This document shows, in pieces, positions 37,721 through 45,021 of a stretch of DNA of 59,764 nucleotides; within the stretch, counting starts at the first letter, position 1; each line of letters begins with the position of its first letter. Below the pieces are notes generated by a model that did not search any database, was not told where the DNA came from, and worked only from the letters and a program-made list of their open reading frames with translations. The DNA is from Bacteroidales bacterium. GTDB lineage: Bacteria; Bacteroidota; Bacteroidia; Bacteroidales; WCHB1-69. The DNA lies in the NCBI GenBank assembly GCA_045116675.1, contig JBGUMF010000063.1, forward strand, positions 1 through 59,764. Direction: 5' to 3'. The translations under genes were made by a program, and so were the position numbers.

Positions 37721-38650
37721 ATGATGAATAGAAAGCTGTGGGGCGTCTGCCTGAAATGGGGGCTGGTGCTGGGTGGTGTGCTGGCTGTGCTGGAGGTGGT
37801 CAAAATGGTGGCCCGCCAAGTGGAGTATGGCTCTGCCCAGCTGTTCGACCTTGCCATGATTATCGGCTATATCCTGATTCTCTATGCCGGTATCAAGGAG
37901 TTCAAGGCGTCATATCCCAACCGGCTGTCGTTCCCCAAAGCCTATTTGTGCGGTTTCCTACTCTCTATCATCGGCTCTGTTATTTTCTTTGGCTATAATT
38001 TGATTCATTATCAAGTAGTTGAAAAGGACGGCTTGTCAAGGAAATACAACACGGCCTTGGAGAATTTCCGTAAGGTCATTGACAAGGATACCATTCGGGC
38101 GGATGAGTTGACGTGGTATGTGGATACTGTGCGTGTGCTGGTGGAAGCGGCAGAAAAAGACTATCTGCAGCAGAACCCTCGTACCGATTCCGTGGAAATG
38201 GATGTGCATAAGGGCGTATCGCTGATTAACACATATTTTGCGGAAAAGGTCGAGTCGCGGCGTTCGTCGGATACCACCGACCATTACCGGATGTCTAATT
38301 TTGCTCCATACGCGAAGGGCGTGATGGTGGAGACGTTGCAGCTCTATATTGCCCAGAATGAAAAGCATGTGTCCACTTCGGATGTGAAGGAGATTGTGCA
38401 GCGGGCTATGGTCAACATAGGTCCGGTCAATCCCGCGCAACGTCGTTTCGAGCTGAACAAGTCGCACGTGCCGCACTACGACCATGCGGTCACGTACGCG
38501 TCCGTGGCCGCGCTTATGGACCTGCTGTACGGCATGTTTTTCAGCATCTTTGTGGCCATGTACCATTACCGCTCTAAAGAACCAGCTCCGGAAGAGGAAG
38601 AAGCTGAACCAACGGAACCGAATGAGGCGGAGGAGATTCCTGAACCGTAA
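37721..38650 (+). CDS. DUF4199-like membrane protein with a long soluble insertion
   Basis: Three N-terminal TM helices, LSF.KAY..G, one C-terminal TM helix; sits directly upstream of a GT2. Confidence 0.6.
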   Translation: MMNRKLWGVCLKWGLVLGGVLAVLEVVKMVARQVEYGSAQLFDLAMIIGYILILYAGIKEFKASYPNRLSFPKAYLCGFLLSIIGSVIFFGYNLIHYQVVEKDGLSRKYNTALENFRKVIDKDTIRADELTWYVDTVRVLVEAAEKDYLQQNPRTDSVEMDVHKGVSLINTYFAEKVESRRSSDTTDHYRMSNFAPYAKGVMVETLQLYIAQNEKHVSTSDVKEIVQRAMVNIGPVNPAQRRFELNKSHVPHYDHAVTYASVAALMDLLYGMFFSIFVAMYHYRSKEPAPEEEEAEPTEPNEAEEIPEP

Positions 38651-38674
38651 TTTATTTATTATTAGAATGATAAT

Positions 38675-39637
38675 TTGAATGATATGAATATTTCTGTAAT
38701 TGTCCCCCTTTTGAATGAATCCGAATCCATCCCCGAATTGGTGGCATGGATCAAACGTGTCATGGATGAGCACCAGTACACCTATGAAGTGCTGATGATT
38801 GATGACGGCTCCACCGACAATTCCTGGGCTATCATTGAGGAGCTCCACCAGCAGAATCCGAATGTGAAAGGCATCCGTTTCCGCAGAAACTATGGCAAGT
38901 CGGCGGCGCTCAACACCGGCTTCGAGGCCTGTGAGGGTGATGTGGTCATCACGATGGACGCCGACCTGCAGGACAGCCCCGACGAGATTCCCGAGCTCTA
39001 CCGCATGATTGTGGAGGATGGCTATGATCTGGTTTCCGGCTGGAAGAAGGTGCGCTATGATTCCAAATTGGCGAAAAATATCCCGTCCAAGTTCTTCAAC
39101 TGGACCACTCGGAAGATGTCGGGCATCCAGCTGCACGATTTCAACTGTGGGTTGAAAGCTTACCGCAAGGATGTGGTAAAATCCATTGAGGTGTATAGCG
39201 AGATGCACCGTTACATTCCGGTGATAGCCAAGTGGGCTGGTTTCAGCAAGATAGGGGAGAAGGTGGTGATTCACCAGAAGCGCAAATATGGAGTCACCAA
39301 ATTCGGATGGAACCGTTTTGTCAACGGGTATCTGGACCTGCTCACCATTTCCTTCACCACACGTTTCGGCAAGAAGCCCATGCACGCTTTCGGTGTGTGG
39401 GGCAGTGTGGCCTTTTTAGTGGGCTTGGTGAGTGCCATCTGGCTGATTATCGCCAAATTGGTCCATCAGGCACACGGAATGCCCTTCCGTCAGGTGGCCG
39501 ACCAACCGTTGTTCTTCATCGCTTTGTTGGCTATGGTGTTGGGTTTCATGCTGTTTTTGGCCGGATTCCTTGGCGAGTTGATTGCCCGCAATGGCTCCGA
39601 CCGCAACAAATATCTGATTTCTGACAGAATAGAATAG
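38675..39637 (+). CDS. GT2 polyprenol-phosphate glycosyltransferase (ArnC/GtrB-like)
   Basis: DDGSTD, RNYGKSAAL, TMDADLQDSP, HDFNCG, two C-terminal TM helices. Confidence 0.93.
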   Translation: MNDMNISVIVPLLNESESIPELVAWIKRVMDEHQYTYEVLMIDDGSTDNSWAIIEELHQQNPNVKGIRFRRNYGKSAALNTGFEACEGDVVITMDADLQDSPDEIPELYRMIVEDGYDLVSGWKKVRYDSKLAKNIPSKFFNWTTRKMSGIQLHDFNCGLKAYRKDVVKSIEVYSEMHRYIPVIAKWAGFSKIGEKVVIHQKRKYGVTKFGWNRFVNGYLDLLTISFTTRFGKKPMHAFGVWGSVAFLVGLVSAIWLIIAKLVHQAHGMPFRQVADQPLFFIALLAMVLGFMLFLAGFLGELIARNGSDRNKYLISDRIE

Positions 39638-39654
39638 TTTTAAAAAAGAGATTA

Positions 39655-41496
39655 TCACGGTTCCGCCTGCGTGACGATTCCATTTTCGTAAAAGTACTGG
39701 ATCAACTCCTGATAAAACGGGGTTTGTGAAAGTGTATCGCAGTTGCCCACGATGATGAGTTTCAGTCGGGCGCGGGTGATGGCCACGTTCATGCGCCTTA
39801 AATCCTTCAGGAAGCCGATGTTGCCCTGCTCGTTGTCGCGCACCATGCTGATGAGGATGATGTCACGTTCCTGTCCTTGAAAGCCATCCACAGTATTGAT
39901 GGCCAGGCGGTTTCGTATGGTGGCGAGGGTGCGGCTTTTGGCAGCCATGCGGCGCAGGATGCCCACTTGGGCCTTGTAGGGGGAAATGATGCCGAAGGTG
40001 GTGTTCTCCACCAGATTGCTATCCACGAACAGCTGCCGAACGTATGTCTTCAGGATGTTGAGGAGCAGATGAGCCTCGTCGCGGTTCAGGCGGCTTTGCG
40101 AGGCACTGGTGCGTTCCGAGAACTGGCAGCGGCTGGTGTCAATCCAAACCAAGGGCGCATCCCATGGGGCGAGGGTGCGATGGGCCACTTCCGGCGCGGC
40201 TTTCAGCTTGCCCTCGTAAAACCATCGGGACGAGAAGTTCATGATTTGCTCGTTCATGCGGTATTGGATGTTCAGCAGCGTGACGGCCCCGGGCTTTTCC
40301 TCCACAATCTTCTGCATCAGGGTTTTGCTCAATCCTCCGTTGGCCGCCTCCATGCATTTGATGGTAGGCGGGAGCTGCTGATGGTCGCCGGCGAAGACTA
40401 CGCGGTCGGCTTTGAAGATGGCGGCCCAGCAGGCAGCCTCCAAAGCTTGGCTGGCCTCGTCGATGAATACGGTGCCAAAGTGGCGGGCTGCCAGCACGGG
40501 GTTGGCACTGCCGATGAGGGTGCAGGTGATGACCTCGGCCTCTTGCAGGATATCCTCGCGGATGCGCTCCTCCAGTTCTTCCACACGATGGTGCAGACTT
40601 TGCAGGCGATGATGCTTGTCGGTGGTCTTGGACTGATGGATTTCGCGGATGAGCTTGCGCATAGCCCACAGGTCGCTGTAGTCGGGGTGCACCGAGTATC
40701 GGTATTCGTAGGAACATTCCAGGAGGGGCTTGTTGATGCGCAGCGGGTTGCCCACGCGCAGCACGTTGACGCCCCGGCGGAGCAGCAGCTCGCTGATCCA
40801 GTCCACCGCCGCGTTGCTGGGCGCGCACACCAGCACTTGTCCCTCCCGCAGTACCGTCTCGATGACGGCCTCTACGCATGTGGTGGTCTTGCCGGTGCCT
40901 GGCGGCCCGTGAACGACGGCCACCTCGCGGGCGCGAACAATCCGGTTGACGGCCTCGTTCTGGCTGGCATTGAGATTCGGGAAATGCAGGGCAGGCAGTT
41001 CCCGGAAGGCGGGTTGTGTCTTGCCTGTCAGCGTGTCGCGCAGATGTACCCATTTCTCACCGTCGCGGTCCATGACCCGCTGCAAGGTGGCTTCCATTAC
41101 CTCGTAGGTGGTCTCGTCGATGCCCAGTTGTACGCCCAACTCGTGCTGCTCCGCCAAGCGTGCGAGCAGGGTAGGGAAGGTGATGTCGGGCACCGACACG
41201 ATCATCCGTTTTTGGTCGATGCGCTGGATGAAACAGCTTCCGGGCACCATAGTGAGGCTGTCGCGTTTGTCTTTTCCCGTGTAGAAGAAGGAGACGGACT
41301 TCCCTGGCTCGAAGGCACAATCGATGCTTATGCCGTATCCTCCCGTATATTCGATTTCCATCACCGTCTGGTTGAGGGCGTTATAGAATCCGATGCCTGT
41401 GTGAATGGGGAACCAGCTGCTCTCGGTGTTGTAATGCGAGGCCACCGCCGCCCGCATCGACAGTTCAAAAGTGCGACGGTCGTACTCCCGCTCCAT
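39655..41496 (-). CDS. Superfamily 1 helicase (UPF1/DNA2/IGHMBP2-like)
   Basis: HGPPGTGKTT, APSNAAVD, IDEASQ, GDHQQLPP, QYRM, TVDGFQGQE, RMNVAITRAR. Confidence 0.93.
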   Translation of the reverse strand: MEREYDRRTFELSMRAAVASHYNTESSWFPIHTGIGFYNALNQTVMEIEYTGGYGISIDCAFEPGKSVSFFYTGKDKRDSLTMVPGSCFIQRIDQKRMIVSVPDITFPTLLARLAEQHELGVQLGIDETTYEVMEATLQRVMDRDGEKWVHLRDTLTGKTQPAFRELPALHFPNLNASQNEAVNRIVRAREVAVVHGPPGTGKTTTCVEAVIETVLREGQVLVCAPSNAAVDWISELLLRRGVNVLRVGNPLRINKPLLECSYEYRYSVHPDYSDLWAMRKLIREIHQSKTTDKHHRLQSLHHRVEELEERIREDILQEAEVITCTLIGSANPVLAARHFGTVFIDEASQALEAACWAAIFKADRVVFAGDHQQLPPTIKCMEAANGGLSKTLMQKIVEEKPGAVTLLNIQYRMNEQIMNFSSRWFYEGKLKAAPEVAHRTLAPWDAPLVWIDTSRCQFSERTSASQSRLNRDEAHLLLNILKTYVRQLFVDSNLVENTTFGIISPYKAQVGILRRMAAKSRTLATIRNRLAINTVDGFQGQERDIILISMVRDNEQGNIGFLKDLRRMNVAITRARLKLIIVGNCDTLSQTPFYQELIQYFYENGIVTQAEP

Positions 41497-41888
41497 ACGG
41501 AGCAGACGGAGAAGGTGTAGGAAATGGTTTGTGATGTTAATAATGTTTATAATTTTACAGTGTTGCCGAGTCCAGTTTTAAATTGCTACGTCAGATAATC
41601 AGGTTCTGATTTTGCGGGGCAAAGGTAGTGATTTTTCATAAGGTGGCAATTTTGCAAAAATGATTTTCGGTTTACGATTTTCGATTGGCGATGCCCTGAA
41701 TGTTTTGGGAGATTCCGTTCAACGCTATTGAGTTTCGTGGAATGGTGCGTGTCCGCCATGCCAAGAATGCAGCGGCACAAGACTTTGGATTTCGGGATAG
41801 GCTGTCTGCCGCTGCATGGACAGCAGGTGCGATGTGCACCATTCCGCCGGTGACACCAGGAACGGCGAGATCCCCCTCTCATTCCAAC

Positions 41889-42041
41889 ATCCCGCAGGGA
41901 TAAAAGCCCGGTAGGACGGCGTTGTCCCATGGCCACCATGTCCCGCAGGGACAGAAGCTCGGTAGGAACAGGTGTCACAATGTGTGTTCCAAAATCCCCG
42001 TGAGGGGATGCATATCTGTAGCCGGGGATGACAATCCCCGG
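41889..42041 (+). repeat. REP-like array D: three hairpin+GTAG units plus a terminal hairpin
   Basis: Units at 41889-41914, 41939-41965 and 41994-42021, then CCGGGGAT-GACA-ATCCCCGG; homologous to array A. Confidence 0.82.
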
Positions 42042-42161
42042 TGTTGGATGTCGTGTGCGTATATGGGCGCGGCACGGGTTACGCGTGCGCAGATGACGTG
42101 AACGCGCATGCCGCGCAATGGCACGAGCGCGCGAAGAGGGGGAATATATTGAGATTTGGGG

Positions 42162-42192
42162 TTTGGGTGTTGTTGAAAAAACATTATCTTTG
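42162..42192 (+). promoter_or_regulatory. Consensus promoter of the mini-RHS gene (TTTG-N19-TATCTTTG)
   Basis: TTTG at 42162-42165 and TATCTTTG at 42185-42192, 18 nt before the ATG. Confidence 0.75.
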
Positions 42193-42210
42193 CCCACCGA
42201 ATAATCCGAT

Positions 42211-43023
42211 ATGAATCAGCGCATTACATATACCTGTTCCTCGTCTTCCCGCACCCTTGCGGAGATGTTCACCTTCTCCGCAAAAGAGAAAGACACTGAA
42301 ACGGGTTTTTCTTACTTTGGTTCAAGGTATTACAACAGTGATTTAAGCATCTGGCTCAGCGTCGATCCACAGGCTTCAAAATATCCTTCTTTGAGCCCGT
42401 ATAATTACTGTGCGAATAACCCCATCAAACTGATGGATCCGAATGGGGAAAAAATAATTCCTTTAAAGGCTTTTGTAAATTCAGCTTATAATAAAGTTTT
42501 TCAAAGTTTATCTCAGACGAACACATACCAACAGCTTCTTTCAAAGTATCAGGACAACACTCATGATTTTGTACTTGATTATAGCACAAAATACACATAT
42601 AAAGCAGGGAGCAACTATATGTCGTATAAAATAAAAGATGGTAAGATTACATATACGAAAGCTAATTCGATATATTATCGGCCTGAAGGAATAGAACAAA
42701 GTGAAATAGCTATGGTTCAAACGTTGCTTCACGAAGCGATTCATGCCGCAGATGGATTAACTCAACGTAAAACCCCGTACCATGATGGTTTTGATCAGGC
42801 TTCAGTGTTGGCTGGTCTTATAGAGTATAATTCCACTTTCAATTTGGGGTATTCAAATGAAGATTTAGAGATTTTGTCATGGAGTGGATTGCAGGAATCC
42901 GTGGAGTATTGTGATTTTATAGAACACAGGGCAGAAAAAAACAATCGTACCTTTGACGAAGAGGATAGTTATGTTAAATCAAGAATTACAATTATAACGG
43001 TGGGAGGAGATTTAGATGAATAA
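42211..43023 (+). CDS. Stand-alone RHS repeat-associated core with a C-terminal HExxH (zincin-like) toxin domain
   Basis: FSAKEKD.ETG.SYFGSRYY...WLSVDP...PYNYCANNPI...DPNG, then LLHEAIHA. Confidence 0.85.
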   Translation: MNQRITYTCSSSSRTLAEMFTFSAKEKDTETGFSYFGSRYYNSDLSIWLSVDPQASKYPSLSPYNYCANNPIKLMDPNGEKIIPLKAFVNSAYNKVFQSLSQTNTYQQLLSKYQDNTHDFVLDYSTKYTYKAGSNYMSYKIKDGKITYTKANSIYYRPEGIEQSEIAMVQTLLHEAIHAADGLTQRKTPYHDGFDQASVLAGLIEYNSTFNLGYSNEDLEILSWSGLQESVEYCDFIEHRAEKNNRTFDEEDSYVKSRITIITVGGDLDE

Positions 43024-43606
43024 AATAAAGAGAATAAGGTCAGTTTTATTATTTGTTTATTTGTTTACGTGTTCCGCAGCCTCAAATGCTCAACACTCAT
43101 TGTATTATGAGTTTGAATGCGATTATATAGATAATACATACATTTTCCCCATTCACAAGCATGGGGACTCTGTATTAATAGTGTCTGATTTATTCGAGGG
43201 GGAATTGGCCATTAAGGATGCTGTTGTTTTTAGATTTCAGGATAGTTGTGTGTTTCTAACTATTGATGGACAAGAGGGGCTTTTCTTTGGCAATTCGCAA
43301 AAAGGAAGTTGGATCACAAAAGGAAATGAATACGAGCGCTTTACCATTAGATGGGATAGTTTGTGTTGTTCCGACAATAATGATCCAATATACAAATTTG
43401 TGTTCACACCTTATTACAACGAAGAGAATCCGTATATAACAGATGATGGGACAATGATATTTCATGAGTATAATGATATGACATCCTATTATTGGACTAA
43501 TTCGGATGGCTTGATCGCCATCGAGGGAGATTGGCTTTTTGTAAGGAAGGATCAAGAAGCCCTCAAGCAATGCTTGTTAATGGCCAAACGATGTTCACAA
43601 CGATAA
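43016..43606 (+). CDS. Putative cognate immunity protein (exported)
   Basis: 8-bp overlap with the toxin gene, same AT-rich composition, Sec-type signal peptide ending ASNA-Q. Confidence 0.6.
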   Translation: MNKIKRIRSVLLFVYLFTCSAASNAQHSLYYEFECDYIDNTYIFPIHKHGDSVLIVSDLFEGELAIKDAVVFRFQDSCVFLTIDGQEGLFFGNSQKGSWITKGNEYERFTIRWDSLCCSDNNDPIYKFVFTPYYNEENPYITDDGTMIFHEYNDMTSYYWTNSDGLIAIEGDWLFVRKDQEALKQCLLMAKRCSQR

Positions 43607-43676
43607 TTTTGTAATTTCGCGGCGGAATGGATGAATACACCCGAACATATTGCCTGCAGATCCCGCCAATTTCGCT

Positions 43677-43751
43677 ATGCCCGCACACCTACGGCGTGCG
43701 TGTGTGCTCGCGTGCTGCCTTTGCTACCGAGCCCTGCAGACCTGCGGCCTG
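43677..43751 (-). repeat. REP-like array E (subfamily 2)
   Basis: ATGCCCGCACACCTACGGCGTGCG...CTACCGAGCCCTGCAGACCTGCGGCCTG matches the reverse complement of 3511-3588. Confidence 0.8.
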
Positions 43752-43830
43752 TCTGGGGTGTCTTCGAGACGGAATTAAAGCCAATTGCCAACGGCCAATC
43801 TTCAATCGAAAGTCGTAACCCTTACAAACC

Positions 43831-45015
43831 TTACGAACACTCCACCAGCAGTCCCTTCAGATACTCTCCTTCGGGGTGATAGATGCTGACGGGGTGGTCG
43901 AGGGCGTGCTGCATGTGGTGGATAATCCGGACATCCTTGTGTTCCATAGCGGCTGCAGAAAAGACGATGGTGCGGAAATCATCCTTGCTGATGGCCTGCG
44001 AGCAGGAGAACGTGAAAAGCAGTCCGCCTGGGGTGAGTTTCTGCATGGCCTTGCGGTTGATGTTGCGGTATCCTTTGATGCCCTGTTCCTTCACGCGATG
44101 GTGCTTGGCGAAAGCGGGCGGGTCGAGGACGATAAGGTCGTAGGCATGGTCGGGAAGGTTGTCAAGGAATTTGAACACATCCTCGCAGCAGGCGGTGTGC
44201 CGACGGACGGCCTCCTCTCCCATTAGGGCGATGTTTTGTTCGGTGAGGTCGATGGCCTTGCGGGAAATGTCGACAGAGTCCACGTGCGTGGCTCCTCCGC
44301 GTAACGCATATGCGGAGAATCCGCCGGAATAGCAGAACATATTGAGCACGCGGCGACCCTTGGCCAGTTGCCCTACCATCGCGCGGCTGTCACGCTGGTC
44401 GAGGAAGAAGCCGGTCTTCTGTCCGCCTGGGATGTCAATGTGAAAGCCGATGCCATTTTCCTTGCCCACAATATCTTCGGGCATCGAGCCGAAAAGCAGA
44501 CCTTCTTCCATGGGCTCGCCACCGTCTTCCGACATTGTCAGGCCGCTTTTGTTGTAGATGGATTTCAGGTTGGGCAGTAGTTCTCGGAGGATGCGAACGA
44601 AAGTGTCTTGAAGCAGATACATGCCGTAGGAATGAAACTGGAGCACGGCGTTGCCGTCGTAGATGTCGATGATGAGGCCGGGCAGCCCGTCACCTTCGCC
44701 GTTCACGAGGCGGAACATGGTGGTGTCGGGATTGTCGGCCAAGCCGATATGCTGGCGGAAACGGAGAGCGTTTTCCACTTTGGATTTCCAGAAACCGTAG
44801 TCGGGGGTGACGTGGTTGAAGGTGAAAATGCGGACGGCGATGGAGTTATGGTGGTAGTGGCCCAGGGCGAGGATGTTCCCATCATGATCGCAAACCTCGA
44901 CAATCTCACCGTTGGCGATGTTGCGGTCCGTTTTGCCGATGGCACCCGAGAAGACCCAGGGATGGTAGCGTAAGACAGATTTCTCCTTGCCTTTCTGTAG
45001 GATGATTTTCTTCAT
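43831..45015 (-). CDS. rlmI: 23S rRNA m5C1962 methyltransferase (RlmI-like)
   Basis: PUA-domain HPWVFSGA, EGDGLPGL, GQKTGFFLDQR, LDPPAF, YLKG. Confidence 0.88.
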   Translation of the reverse strand: MKKIILQKGKEKSVLRYHPWVFSGAIGKTDRNIANGEIVEVCDHDGNILALGHYHHNSIAVRIFTFNHVTPDYGFWKSKVENALRFRQHIGLADNPDTTMFRLVNGEGDGLPGLIIDIYDGNAVLQFHSYGMYLLQDTFVRILRELLPNLKSIYNKSGLTMSEDGGEPMEEGLLFGSMPEDIVGKENGIGFHIDIPGGQKTGFFLDQRDSRAMVGQLAKGRRVLNMFCYSGGFSAYALRGGATHVDSVDISRKAIDLTEQNIALMGEEAVRRHTACCEDVFKFLDNLPDHAYDLIVLDPPAFAKHHRVKEQGIKGYRNINRKAMQKLTPGGLLFTFSCSQAISKDDFRTIVFSAAAMEHKDVRIIHHMQHALDHPVSIYHPEGEYLKGLLVECS

Positions 45016-45021
45016 GGGTGG

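Larger units (their letters stand above)
41669..43820. mobile_element. Putative non-autonomous island carrying a mini-RHS toxin/immunity pair, bounded by imperfect inverted repeats and inverted REP-like arrays
   Basis: Ends GGTTTACGATTTTCGATTG and CAATCGAAAGTCGTAACC; REP-like arrays at 41889-42041 and 43677-43751; AT-rich cargo; no transposase. Confidence 0.5.

Noticed and set aside
39877-41520. Long antisense ORFs (547 aa here; also 20609-21805, 28064-29188, 34578-35576, 38036-39385, 58906-59664)
   Set aside because: Shadow ORFs opposite well-supported genes, expected from GC-rich codon bias; no motifs.
41586-42197. 203-aa minus-strand ORF as a possible transposase for the island
   Set aside because: It translates the repeats themselves (PTELLSLRD/PTGLLSLRD) and has no convincing HUH/Y1, DDE or recombinase motif.
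39655-43606. Helicase + HExxH protein as an anti-phage defence operon
   Set aside because: The genes are divergent and differ in composition; the helicase looks like a core gene and the HExxH domain is an RHS toxin tip.
43627-43879. Small ORFs downstream of the immunity gene
   Set aside because: They overlap REP array E and the rlmI end, and show no coding features.
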